This document shows positions 47,824 through 60,985 of a stretch of DNA of 64,000 nucleotides, piece by piece. A program made the position numbers and the translations under genes. The DNA is from Callorhinchus milii. Taxonomy: Eukaryota. A model generated the notes under the pieces. It was not told where the DNA came from. It saw only the letters and a program-made list of their open reading frames with translations, and did not search any database. Within the stretch, counting starts at the first letter, position 1; each line of letters begins with the position of its first letter. The stretch spans positions 31,870,001 to 31,934,000 of the forward strand of contig NW_024704743.1 in NCBI RefSeq assembly GCF_018977255.1, given 5' to 3'.

Positions 47824-48961
47824 TGCTAGGATTTGCAAGTAATTTCAACGATTGCATTAATTTTAAGAATTTTAGTGATGCTTAATCCAAGTAAAGCACT
47901 GGTGGGAGGGCGGATGACAAAGTTTCAGATCAGATACAGATGGTGCTGAGTTAAAACTCACTAACCATTCTCCTGTATCGTTCTTTCACAAAATCACCAG
48001 GTGTAAGAGCCCCAAAAGTGAACGTTGCCTCTGTATTGGGAAGTCAGACTAAGCTGCTGACCAATTTACATCCTTAACATTGTTTTTGTTCAAACAAAAG
48101 GTCTTAATAACAAACAAGAAACCACTGAATCCCAAAGAAGTGTCAGACTCAGAGTGACTATAGCCAGTACAGTGGAGGTAGAATGGTATCCATGGGAACT
48201 GCAGCAAAATTGCCTGCGACTAATTACATTCATCTCAACCTGACCCTTCTCCGCTCAGCTGATTTTTTTCGTCCCTTGCAATTTTCTGCATTTGATCCGA
48301 TGGATGCAGTCCTGACCTCTTATTCCCAGTGCTGGCTGCTGTCAGCTGTCTATACAGGAGTCTGAGCTGACCTCACTTGCACTTGCATCCTATCCCTTGC
48401 CTCTCCTCAAAGTCCTGGCACTCCCAGTTGACTTATGCCACAGCTCCACTTGAATCAGTTTATTTGACATTCCTGACCAGCTCAGGTCCCACTGCATTCT
48501 GTCACCTTCCTTGCGGAATGACGTTCCTACCGATTTACGGAGACAGAGAGCTCATTTGTTTCCAACAGCCTTGCTTTGGACTGAAAATATTGTGATTCCT
48601 CACTTTTCTACAATGTTTGCTAAAGAATCCCAATTCCCACTTCTTTTTAAATGGGCATTACACTCATTGTGTGGCTAACTGGATTTGAAGCAATACAATG
48701 TAATACAAATGTCCATTTATAAAGCGTCTTTCATGTCAGAATGATGTTGGATGGTACTGGACAGTCTAAGGCTTGCACCCAAGTTGGGGGTGGGGTATGA
48801 GGAAGTCAGGACGAGGGGAGTGAAGAAGGTAAAATGTCCAAAAACACGGTCAAAGAGGAAGGTCTTAAGGCAAAGCTTCAAGGAGGAGCGAAGGGAAGGG
48901 GTGGTAGAAGGGACACCAGGATGGAGTTCAGGAGTCGGGGGGTAGGTGAAGGGAGGCAGAT

Positions 48962-49272
48962 ATGGAGTCCTGTAGCTCAGTGGTTAGAGCACTCGCCTTG
49001 CAAGTGAGAAACCTGGGTACAATTGCAAGCAGGGCGAAAGCTTGGGCAAGTTCCTTACTCCGCACCTAATAATAATCCATCCAAAAAACAATAATAAATT
49101 GGTCATTTTCAATCCATGACTGTTTGTGGGACACTGCTGTGCGCAATTGGCTGCTGTGTTTTGCCCACAAATATACAGTCAATTCACTTTACAGCATATT
49201 CTATGAAGCGCTTTGAGACGTCGAGAAGACGTGAAAAGACTATTTCAAATGCAAGGATTGTTATTATTATTA
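48962..49272 (+). mobile_element. tRNA SINE, short subfamily, inserted in an old minus-strand L2 (~48700-49460)
   Basis: Complete head, body and tail; L2 remnants flank it. Confidence 0.92.
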
Positions 49273-50999
49273 TGGTGAAAGCTTGATTGCTGATGGTAGG
49301 GCAGGGGAACAGACCAGTGCCCACTGAGCCAAGAGACTGGGTTTACATTTAAGAAATTTAAAATCATGGAAAGATTTAAAGGTTAGGATGATCTTGAACT
49401 CGATCCTCTGGGGGAGGTGAAACCAGTGGAGCTGGGCATGGTTAGGGGTTATAGGTTCATGGAGAGAAGGTTTGCAACCTTCTCTTCCAGCTATAAATTA
49501 CATGCCACTTGATCACAAGAGAAGTATAGATGAAAAAGGTCATTTTTTAAAAATTCTGAAGGGATTATTAGCCCCGGAAAAGCGATCCGCCAATCGACTA
49601 ACAACCAGGTTTCTACTTACTGTTAGGTACACAGAGGTGTCTGGAGTAAGGAAACAGAAAATGCCTATCAGGCATTTGTACTTCTGTCTTTTTTCTGGTT
49701 CTCCTATTTTTTAGGATCATGGGGAAAAGCGTGATTAAGATGCGAGTATGTATATATGTACAGTATATTCTGCAAAGTGCTAAAAGACGTCTTGAAGACG
49801 TGATAAGGCACTATATCAAATGCAAGGATTATTATTATTATTTATTTTAGTGTTTGTTGCTCTGAGGAGGTACACAACCATTCAGCCCCGAGAGACAGGT
49901 TATTTCCCGGAAGATACCAGCAGTGTAGAAGTTAAAATATCTTTGACTCCCCACCCGCCACCCAAAAAATTCACTTTTTTAACTTCCAATTTTCAAAAGC
50001 TTATGTAATACAAAGGAAATGTCTATACACTGTCTGCGTCTCTCAAATCTACAAATAGTGAAATCTGCTGTACCACCTAGTGAAACGCAAATGGAGAAAT
50101 TAATTATAATTGAAAGGTGACCTATCAGCTTCTGTGGCAGAAGCTTTCTTTAAACGTTTTACTTTTCATTATTCAATAGTTCTGCTGAAAAATATAATTT
50201 ATTCTTTCGTTTAACAAAATAAATCTGAAAGGTCACCCTTCTCCGAAGACATGTGATGTTCATTTTCTGGCGTATGAGTCTGTGTCGCTGAATTGATTAT
50301 GCCTTCTCAAAAGAGCCTGAGTTAGATCAAAGGTGGTGGCATATAAGCATATTCAGCAGTGTGCAAATGGAGACGAATTTGCGCTGTTTCTTGACAGCAT
50401 TTCATAATAAGAATCTGAGTTGTGCAAAAGCGTATTCATTCTGGTATCCAAAGTACCTCACACTGATCCTGTAGAATCCTATTACAGCACAAGCTACTTC
50501 CGAGACAGAATTCCAATGAGTCAGCAGGAATTCTGATTGAGATGTTTTCTGGTGTCTTTACATTATAAGGGGGTGATCAAAAGGTTATTTGTTTTAGTGA
50601 TTTAGCATAGATCTATTTGACCAAGGCCAAATGTAATCCTGCAAACATGAATCTCTACACTCCGACATTGCTCCCCATAGAGTTGTCATGACAATGATTT
50701 AAAGAAAAGAGAATTTATCGAGATTGGTATACTGATAGAGGTCTAATTGTAATATTCCTTATTAACCTCCCAGCAATTGTTTGCTTCAAATTTTCCCCTC
50801 TTTGCTCTTCTCAAGATTTTTGACCCATTTTTCCTTCTCCTGGGGTATGTTTCCATGGTCACTGATTGCTCTCACTCTCTGATTCCTTGATAACGATTAT
50901 CCCATTTAGAATCCAGTGTCTCATTTACCAAACTCAGTGAATTTGATCAGCCTTCTCTTGCCTTTAATATCAAGTCCCATCGAGACTTTGAACTCACTG

Positions 51000-51345
51000 T
51001 CCAGCACTCCAGTGCAGTATTGCATTGTCAGAGCTGCCACCTTTTCAGCTGACATGTTTAACCCAGGTCCCCTCTGTCTAATCAGGTGGACCTTACAGAT
51101 CCCATGGCACTACTCGAAAAAGGAAGGGAGTTTCTCCTGCTGACATGGCCAAAAGGTTCTCCAAAATAAAAAAAATGATCGCTCACTTCATGGCTGTTTG
51201 TGAGACATTGTTGTGCACAAATTGGCTGCCGCATTCTCCTGCCTATACACAGTCACTACCCTTTACAGTAAATCCTGTGAACTACTTTGAGATGTCTCAA
51301 TGTTGTGATAAGGCGCTGTATAAAATGCAAGGGTTATTATTATTA
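51000..51345 (+). mobile_element. Old DeuSINE-like element (headless)
   Basis: cactccagtgcagtattgcattgtcagag...agatcccatggcactactcgaa...ggctgtttgtgagacattg, then the tail. Confidence 0.8.
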
Positions 51346-51711
51346 ACTTTGTGACTGACAGCTCAATGAAGAGTAACATTGGTATATTGAGATTGGTGTA
51401 TATGAACAAAAATTCAGACTTTCACAAAATTACCACTAAAATTAATGGACGAGAGACGTCCCACTTCTAACTATTGCAAGTCATTGTAGCATGACATTAA
51501 AAACCCAGCGTGCTGCAGGAATTGAAATGTTTAAATGCAAATTTTCTCCAGGCTATTGAAGTATTGAAAAGATTAACATTAGAATATTGGAAGTCAGCAG
51601 ACTAAGGAAGGAAGTGGGGAAATGATTGGGGAGTCTGTCTCGGATTACACAAGAAGGTCTGTCAATCACCATTTGCTAACGATGCATTTACAACAACAAC
51701 AACAAATTACA

Positions 51712-51967
51712 ACAACAACAACAACAAGATTCCATTTATTGAGCACCTTTCAGGTCGGGAGGACGTCCCAAGGCGCTGTACAGTTGGGTCAGGAACCGAG
51801 CAAGGGGGAAATGGTCAGGGTGAGGGGAGGGAAGGGAGGGAGCGAGGAGGGGGTAGAGAGTCGAGAGGGGAGCTGAAGGCACGGTCAAAGAGAAAGGTCT
51901 TGAGACCGGCCTTGAAGGAGGAAAGGGAGGAAGCGGCGAAGGCACTGGGGGATAGAGTTCCAGAGCA
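51712..51967 (-). mobile_element. Young L2 3' fragment (frameshift variant) inserted in the tail of an older L2 (51690-52165)
   Basis: 10-bp TSD acaaattaca at 51702-51711 and 51972-51981; one 3'UTR repeat unit. Confidence 0.92.
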
Positions 51968-52169
51968 CGATACAAATTACATTTGTATAGTGCCCTTCAA
52001 GTAGGAAGGACGTTCAAGTAGGAAGGACGTTCCAAAGCACTGGACAATCAGGGATTTGGATCCAAGCAGGGGGTTGGGATCACAAGGAGTGGAGGCCAGG
52101 GAGGGTATGGGTAGTAGGGTGGCCGAAGGCGTGGTCGAAGAGAAGAGTCTTGAGACGTCCCTCGAAGAA

Positions 52170-52402
52170 TGCTTGGGCAAGTTTCCTTACTCCACACGTC
52201 TGATAATAATCCCTCAAGAAAAAAGAACAATAATAAATTGGTCACTTCAATCCACGACTGTTTGTGGGACACTGCTGTGTGCAATTGGCTGCCACTTTTC
52301 ACCCACAAATATACAGACAATTCAATTTACGGTATATTCTGTGGAGCACTTTGAGATATCTAGAAGACGTGAAAAGCACTATATCAAATGCAAGGATTAT
52401 TA
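52170..52402 (+). mobile_element. tRNA SINE, short subfamily, 5'-truncated
   Basis: Runs from cttgggcaagtttccttactcc to caaatgcaaggattattat. Confidence 0.9.
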
Positions 52403-53399
52403 TATTTATTTCATTTATTACTGTATTATTAGTACTGTACTAACAAAACAGATTTGACCATCTCTCTGAGAATTAAAGCATCTCTTATGCTTGTAATCTA
52501 TCTTTAAATCAGCTGTGAGCAATGTCACCTCTCTTTTCTCATTGTGTCGGCATGGTAGAGAAGAGACGGATCATTGAATGATCAAGGTGCTTTGTAGATG
52601 TGTGTGTGTGATCCCAATGTGGATTTGGCCAAGTACTGACTGCATGGTAAAACTTTAAGTGCACAGATACATTCAAAACTAACACACCACCCCTCCTTCA
52701 AACGCACACCTACTATTCACCCCTGATTTTTAATTATTGTGCATTTGGTTATTGTGTTAGAAAATTAAATTTAGTCTACATTGAACCCTCGGAGTCTGTG
52801 GACACGTTTCATCATACGGGCAGTTTCTTGTGTTGACTGCTGCTGAGTATACACATCTATGGTAGCCTCTTCCTGTTTCTTACATTATATGTAATATTTC
52901 TTATATGTAAGAAACATATAATGTAAGAAACATATGACACTTATCTTACCTTTAAACTACTTCCATGGTCTCTCCCTATTTATGTGGTTTGATCCAGCTC
53001 TATTTTCCTTCTCTTGGTACCCTCCATTCTTTCAATTCTGGTCTTTTGCTCATTTCCCCCTCCTCAGTCCCAGCATTAGTATAAAATCTTTTCAGCATCT
53101 TTTCAACCACCATTAATCCCGTTATTTGTTGGCTTCAAAAATTTCCTTCCCTTGATTCCTCACTGCTGGTCATCAAAGCCTTCCTAAAAACAAATCTCTA
53201 TGCCCTTCAATATCATCAACTTTCCCCTCTTGGACACTGTGTGATAATCCCTCTGTTTATCAAGCATTTCAAAATACCTTGACCTTTTGAATTATAACAA
53301 TAATACTAATAATATCACTGTTCTGTGCTTTATTTGTAATAAAGAGGCTTTGGGACTAGTTATAGTGAATTAAAACCAAGTCTGCAACTATGAGGAATA

Positions 53400-53740
53400 T
53401 CTTGATAAGCTATAGTGCTTCAGTCTTGAAGATGTTTCAGAGAAGGGACTTTGTAAACGTATATAAGATGCTGAATGAGAATGAGAAAGTAAACTCAGAG
53501 CCAAGACAGGAAAGAAAGACACAGGTTCAGAGTTGTGAAGGCCACTTTTAAGACAAACTACAGGAAAGACTAACAGTTGGTATGGATTAATAGGAAGGGT
53601 TGTTGAGGCAAGAGCACTAGACTAATTTAAGGAACAGCTTCAAGCTGTAATGGGAAAATAGTGTGGTAAGTATTCTGAAAGAATAGGAGTCAAATTGGCC
53701 AGAGAGCCTTTTTCATTTTTACTTCTCCTGTGATCTTGTG
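53400..53740 (+). mobile_element. CR1 LINE 3' fragment
   Basis: Colinear with 28630-28960 (gacacaggttcagagttgtgaagg...tttaaggaacagctt...ttctcctgtgatcttgtg). Confidence 0.75.
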
Positions 53741-54439
53741 GACACAGTGAAATGACCTATTTCACCATTTTTGTAAGGCTGTCAGAAAGGATGAGCTGCA
53801 TCCTTAAAGGACGTGAAATCGCAAATGAACTTCACAACAATAGAAACCTATTTTAAAACAGAAAATATCGCAAGTGAACAGTAGGTCAATCAACATCTGA
53901 ACAGGAAAGATAAGTGAAGGTGCCTCCAGCTTCCTCTTTCAGTTGCTGATCGATCTTGTGCAGATCTCCAGCATTCTCTGTCTTTTATCACTAGATTTCC
54001 AGCATTTGCATTTTTCCTTTATTTCTGCACAGTACGATGCCATTTGCTATTTTTTTAAAAACGTGTCTAAATGGATTTCTAAAGATAAATTTAAGCAACA
54101 TTGAATCACACAGGTGCACAATGCTGAGGAGAAGAAGAAAATCTTCTAATCTACGATCTTCTCATGTGACTTTCTACCTGGCTCAGCCTTGAGACTGGCT
54201 GTGCATCCACAAGTCCACCCATACTGTTTGATGGCTGGATGTCTATTAATTCAGCAAAATCATTCTTTGTGAGACAAAGATTGAACAATGTTTTTCTCTT
54301 TTCGGTCATTCCAGTCATTTATCACATAAGACTTGTTTCAGATCATCTCATGGTCTCGATAATGTCACACGGACTTGATGCGGTGGTTTATAAGTGAAAA
54401 AGCAAGGACATCCTACATTTGTTGCATTGTTGAAGGTCA

Positions 54440-55245
54440 TAAGATCACAAGATTAGTTTGGATACAGAAGGCCCTTTGGCCCATCTGATCTCATCCTTCC
54501 AATATATATACACCCTACTGTCCTGCCATCACAGAATCAAGCTGCTTTTTAAATGAGTCTAGTGTCCTGGCCTCAAAGGGTCTTTCCAGTAAATTTTCAA
54601 TTGAATTTATATCAATCTCCCAGCGAGTGATCTAGTGGAGTCCTGCAGCTCAGTGGTGAGATCACTCGCTTTGCAAGTGAGAGACCTGAGTTCAATTCCA
54701 GGCAGGGCGAAACCTGGGCAAGTTTCCTTATTCCACACGCCTAATAATAATCCCCGCAAAACAAAAACAATAATAAATTGGTCATTTTCAATCTATGACT
54801 GTTTGTGGGACATTGCTGTGCGCAATTGGCTGCCGCGTTCGCCCACAAATATACAGTCAATTCACTTTACAGTGTGTTCTGTGAAGGGCTTTGGGACGTC
54901 CTCCCGACGTGAAAAGCGCTATATCAAATGCAAGGATTTTTTTTTTNGGGTGGGCTGATTGAGAATATTGGCAAGTGGATGGCATCCTTGCAACCTGTTC
55001 AGTTATTACGTATCCTCTGGGTATATAAAAAACTGGTTTCTGTCCTGAAAAATTGGCCTTTGCTACCCTAAATCTATGTCCTCTTGTCCTACTGTCTTAG
55101 TGCATCCTATAGTATTGTTCTGAGTTTATTTTTCAATCCCATGTAAAATGTTATACGTCTTTCTGAGCCATCTTCTCTCAAGACTGAAGAGCCCTAGCTT
55201 GTCCAATCATTCCGCATAGCTCATTTCTCTCACACTGCTGCCATC
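54440..55245 (-). mobile_element. CR1 3' fragment interrupted by a ~100-bp element that contains a young SINE (54635-54946, +)
   Basis: CR1 pieces at 54440-54574 and ~54985-55245; the SINE is near-identical to 3246-3577 but has a poly-T end. Confidence 0.8.
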
Positions 55246-55453
55246 CTGGTGAGATTCTGTCTACCAATTGTGGTGTTTCAGGTGAACTCCTAGAGCACTA
55301 GTTCAGAGATGAGCAGGAAATACTCCTAGCGTTTCCAAAAATATTGCTCTCTCAATCAAATCCACCAAATCGCAGGTAAATTAGCTATTTTATCTGACTC
55401 ATTGAGAGATGACAGATCAGCAGCCACACTTGCGTATTTGCAACACAATAAAG

Positions 55454-55664
55454 GAGTGGTGGCCAACCTGTGGCCAAAAGTGACCAAAAGTCCATCCAGA
55501 ATCGGCTCACTGCCGCAAACATTCTCACAGGCTCGGTAAGTCCGTGTTTGATCAGTTGTGTGTTTTAAATTGTTTTTTATTGAATATTTCTTGATTTGTG
55601 CCAATAAATAAATATTCAATCAACAAAATTGATTTTGTTAGCCAACCATAAAGATTGGCCACTG
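55454..55664. mobile_element. hAT-like MITE (same family as 47642-47823, inverted)
   Basis: Ends gagtggtggccaacctgtggcc and aagattggccactg; internal aggctcggtaagtc matches the reverse of gacttacctagcct. Confidence 0.65.
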
Positions 55665-56127
55665 TTTTAAAGTAACTCGAGGTAACTGATATATGAGACT
55701 TTGAAACATTTCAACATGAAAAGGGGCTAAATCAAATATAATTATTTAAAGTATTATTTTAAAATATGGCAGCATTCAAACCTAATTAATTCAGGAAATT
55801 TACATTTAGACCATTTAAAGACAATCCTGTTGCCTTGATTTATTGGCGACTTAAGAGATGCTACACTGTCATGTTAAAATGAAGAATTAAGAGATTAAGG
55901 GTCATTAACTTGTGAAGTTATGCCATTAAGATGAATCTCCAGGCAAAATTCCTTACTCCACATGCATCTGTTTACCTAGCAGTAAGTAGGAACCCGGTTG
56001 TTAGTCGATTGGTGCATCGCTTTTCCGGGAATAATAATCCGTTCAAAAAACTACTACTACTAATAGTAATTTGGTCACTCAATTCCCAACTGTTTGTGGG
56101 GCACTGCTGAGCGTAATTGGCTGCCGT

Positions 56128-56605
56128 GACATCCTCCACCCTGGCACCAGGGAGGCAACACACCACGCACGACTCACGACTGCGATCGCCTGTCTATTCC
56201 CCTGACTATTGAATCCCCAACTGCATTGCTACAATTCCCTGTGACCCTCTGTGGAGTCGTTTCTCCTACTGTGCCGTGGATTTGCCTAAGAATGCCCTCC
56301 CCCAAGGTGTCATCACGCTCACCAGTATTCAGCACAGAAAACCGGTGTGTGAGTGCTACACTCCCATAGGATTTCTGCACTGCCTGTCACTTCTTCCTAC
56401 CATGCTGGAGGTCAACCCACTTACTGATCTCTCTGTGGCTGCGAGATGATCATCTCCTGAAATGTGCAACCATAAAGGCTGCAGCTTCCCGTATGAGCTG
56501 TCGTGACACCATCCTCTCCTCAAGCTCAGAAACCCTGAGCTCGAGCAACTTCAAGACACTTTCTGCACATGTGGTTGTTCAGTACAAACAAAGCGTTCTG
56601 GAGTT
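56128..56605 (-). pseudogene. CR1 ORF1 remnant (zinc-finger/coiled-coil plus SGNH esterase)
   Basis: HMCRKC..LELRVSELEE, then VALTHRFSVL..VGDSIVRGIDR..VVCCLPGARVEDV (GDS block I and PG block II of the CR1 ORF1 esterase); frameshifted. Confidence 0.88.
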
Positions 56606-58069
56606 ACCACATTATTATTATTATTATCTTAAATCCATATTCAAACGTGATGTTTAAAGGTCTGCATTTAAATGCAAACCATCCTTATTGTTATAGAGGG
56701 TTGCACTTCCACAGAGGTAAATGAAGAGAGTGCTTAATTTGTTTTCAGACATTCACACCAATGCTGATACTGTATAATTAAAAGGACCTTTCCAGTAAAT
56801 TTGCAATTGAATCTGATATCCATCTCCCAATCAGTGATCTTTTGGGTGGTTTGATTTAGAAAGCTGTGCAAGTGGATGGTCTGAAAATGCTTCTTCATTT
56901 TCAACCCAAGTTAGTGAAGCAGTTCAGACTTGAGTGAAGCAAATAACACAATGCAACCTGCAATATTAAGAGGCAGGAAGATAGAAAATGTATTTTAATT
57001 GAGGCAAAAACTAAGTGGGTTAATATAAAAATAAATTATCATAATCGTTTGATGGCAGATCTATTACAGATATCACAGATATCTCCTGCTAAGTGTAGTG
57101 ACTGTGTAATTGGAGGCATACACGATAGTCTATTCCACAAACACCCATTAAGTGAATACTCAGTTTTACCAGGAGGATTGCTGTCAGGATACCAGGACAC
57201 AGTACCATGGGAACTTTACTTGAACACACAGACAGAACCTTGATTTGGACCATTGTAGTGGTGAGAGAGCAGTTTAACAATGTGAGCATAAAAGACTTGA
57301 CAGAGGCTGAGCCCACAAACTTCTGATCCAGAAACAAGAGACCGAGTCAACCTTTTTTCATCTAAATCTCACTTGTACTTAACAATCAGTAAGATTCATT
57401 AGCTTGTACCATTCTGCTTTTGTTAAATAAAATAGATGTTCTGCTAAATCCTGTTAGACAATAAAGTATTTCATTCTGCGTGGTGATTACGGCCAAAGTC
57501 TGAGTGTGATTTGCTCCTCTTGACATCAGTCTCATTCATGTCAGCTCCCCGATGCTGAAATAACCCTTGTTGGAAAAAGAGCAGCTCATTACCTGTGCAA
57601 ACAATGTGCACTAATTACAGCTGTTATAATCAGAAACAACAAATTCTGTCCAAATATGTATAATTGGGGCACTTCCTTGTTGCGTAAGTGTGTTTTCCTT
57701 CCCTGAGCCATAGAACCAGACATTGAATTAGCACAGTGTACAGTACATTCCTCTCCAACTGGCTACCATTCAACTAATGTATTAATATATTCATATATAA
57801 TTCTAACAAAAACAACCCCAAACATAGTCTAGAGGTTTTCAGAAACATTCTTGTGAGCTGTCAACTTGAATGATGTGGTAACAAACCCTGTCAAATGAAA
57901 TTCCACAATATGTTTGAAGCTTTGTCAATTATGAGCATGCATTTGTGTATCAAAGCCTTCATTTTATCCAATTAACAGAAATATTTTAGTTGAAACGGCC
58001 TGTTGCAACGTTTAACAGAACATGACGATTTTGTAAATGATTTTGAATTGATAGTTTTGTACAGCCCCA

Positions 58070-58620
58070 GGCCAGCTGTCACTCAGCCTCATTTGTTAGG
58101 AGCTGTCACTCCTTCCCCTCTGGCCTGCCTCCTACTTATCCTCCTCGGTCACTCTCCTCCATAATTCCCACTCCACCGTTCTCGATGCCCTTACACCCTC
58201 ACCTCCCAAACCACCTCCTACTCACGCAACTCACCCTGGTACACCAACCACCTCCGCTCGCTCAAGGGTCAGGTGCATGCAGCTGAATGCACCCAGCTCA
58301 AACCTGATGTAACGGTCCACTGGCAGATCTGGCTGGATCACATAATAACTTACCAGTCCGCCCTCGCCTCCGCTAAATCATCCTTCTATTCCAAGGTAAT
58401 CTTGGAGGCCAAAGATAACCCCAGGCTCATCTTCTACACTACCAACGGGCTCCTCCATCCACCCTCTCACGCCTCCCCCATCCCTCTCCTCCAACTTCAA
58501 CTGTTAGGAGATGCTGGATTTCCTCGAGACCAAATTTGAGGGGATCCGTTCAGCCGCCTCCACCCTCCCAACCGCCACCCCCTCCCCATCTCTCCCACAT
58601 ATTCCAGCTCCTACCTATTT
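58070..58620 (+). mobile_element. L2 ORF2 internal fragment (endonuclease-RT linker)
   Basis: PWYTNHLRSLK...HWQIWLDHIITYQSALASAKSSFYSKVI...NPRLIFYTTNGLL. Confidence 0.85.
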
Positions 58621-60116
58621 TCAGTGACTATTTCCCGATTATTCCTGTAGCTCAGTTGTTAGAGCACTTGCCTCTTAAGTGAAAGTCCTGGGTTCGATTC
58701 CCAGCGGGGCAAAACGCTGGCTTTAATATAACACCTTATCATATCGTTGAGAAGTTGGAATGAACAGAAATGTAGTGACAACTGTATATGAAAGCAAAGA
58801 GGGGAAATATAAAATATAAAATTTAAAATGTAAATGTAAAAAAAAAGTTAAAAAAGTGCAAACTTTTAAACATTTTCTTTGTTGCAATGATTTCAGTGCT
58901 TAAAGTTGCATCGCAACTTGCAATTAAGAAATAAAACTATCTAACATCTTATTATATGGAGGCAACTCTTGTACGTTCAATGGATTAAAGATGGAGTAAA
59001 CTTGGGATCACTTTTCTATCATTTCCTTTGACATCTCCCTCAGGGATGAATGTTTTCTCATTGTTTTTGAATTTGTTCTCACAGGTGCTTTGTAAACCTC
59101 TTAGCCATGTACCCTCATTGGGTCCCATCTTCATGAAAGCCCATAAATGTATGTAGCAGCACAGCGCCAATTATATGTCTCCAGACATTCTCACCAAACG
59201 CTTCACGTTCTGCACTTCGACTATATTTTATCGTATTCTGACAACTTCAGGAAACCTCGTTTTTAATTTGTTTCCTTGCTGTAAGCAGCAACATTTCATA
59301 TCGGATTGCCTAAATCCCCACCATTGGTGCAGCTAATTCATTCCTCAAAGGTCTGTTGCCATGACGCCACAACATCAACAGAAGCAATCTTTAATGAAAT
59401 TTCTGTAGAAATGTAATAATGATCCATCACCCTCACTATAATTGCTATTTTTGTTCCAGTCTGCACCAAGAAGTTGAAGTAGTTAAGCAGAGGCATTGCA
59501 TGTTAATTGGTAATATGCTTGTGTCTTATTCAAATGAATCACAAATGCCTTGTGCTTTTACTGATACAAGCTACCTGAGGCCTGGTGACACAAAGCACGA
59601 GTACACTGTGTCATGGATTGGGAACCTCAGGTTCAGTTTCTGGTTTAGGCTGACATTTTTTACTCCTGCTTTCTTCCCTTCAATCACACATTGTAGACTA
59701 CAATCAGGTGAACCTAGGCAGACTGTCTAGTTGATGAGAAGAAGGAAGGAACTGTGGTTTGCTGCACAGGAATTTTAGTTAGAGACATAGAGATGTTTGT
59801 AGTTCTTACTTGCCCTTTTAACTACTGTCTTTTTAGTGCAGCCACAGGTTCTTTAAGAGGAGAAAACACGCTGTGATCTGAAAGCCAAACTCTTTAGAAA
59901 ATAACAACGGGGACCTGTAAAAACTACCAAAAGTAAATCACCATTCCTTAATAAAACACTAAAATGTAATAAGATCATCTCCACGCTACCTCTCTACACA
60001 ATTTGAAGCTATAGGAGGTTATTCTTTGCTTGTCTTTAAATTTAACAACCGTGGCAGTGTAAATTTATAATTGGACTTTCCCATTACAACCACATCCCAC
60101 AACAGTGGGTAGTTAA

Positions 60117-60985
60117 TAATAATAAAATAATCCTTGCATTTGGAGGACACATCAGGAGGACATCCCTAGATTCCCTTGCACAAGATTTGCTGTGAAATAG
60201 AGAATAGAGTTACTGTGTATTTGTGGACAAACACTGCAGTTCAATTGCACACAGCAAAGTCCCACAAACAGCCATGAAGTGAGTGACCAATTTTATTTGC
60301 AGAGCTGTTAGCCAGGACACTCCTTTCTCTTTTTGAATCATGCCATGGGATCTTTAACGTCCACCTTAACAGGCAGACGGGATCTCAGTTTAATGTCTCA
60401 TCTGAAGGACGCACCTCGACAATGCAGCACATCCCCAGGACTGCATTTGCATTAGTGTCATCTTGAACGCTCCAACCGTCTGAGTGCTACCACTGAGCCA
60501 GACTGACACACACCAACAAGCAGAGAATAATGGCCATGATGTTAATATCAACTGATTTACAAAAATACACAAGACACACATCCACAATGAGTTTATTAAT
60601 GCACATCAATAAGAATAAGAATAATCCTTGCATTTGATATAGCGCCTTATCACACCGTTGAGACATCTCAAAGAATACACTGCAAAGTGAACTGACTGTG
60701 TATTTTATGGAAGAAATGTGGCAGCCAATTGCCCACAGAAATGTCCCACAAACAGTCGTGGATTGAAGTGACCAATTTTTAAAAAAGTGTTTTGAAGGAA
60801 TGATTTTTTTTAATGGATTATTCCTCCCAAACAACTAACAACTAACCTACTTACTGCTAGGTAAGCAGAGGGCTCTCTGGCAAGCTACCCTGGGTGAGGG
60901 GCGCTATATAAATGCAAGCTGTTGTTGTTGAGTAAGGAAACTCACCTAAGGTTTCATCCTGCCCGGAAATCAAATCCAGATCTTT
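60117..60985 (-). mobile_element. Old DeuSINE-like element (60117-60510) and long-subfamily SINE (60612-60985)
   Basis: Reverse-complement matches to the two SINE families described above. Confidence 0.8.

Noticed and set aside
59085..59148. Plus-strand exon candidate after a good acceptor (VLCKPLSHVPSLGPIFMKAHK)
   Set aside because: Moderate donor, frame-shifting length, unrecognised peptide and no partner exons identified.
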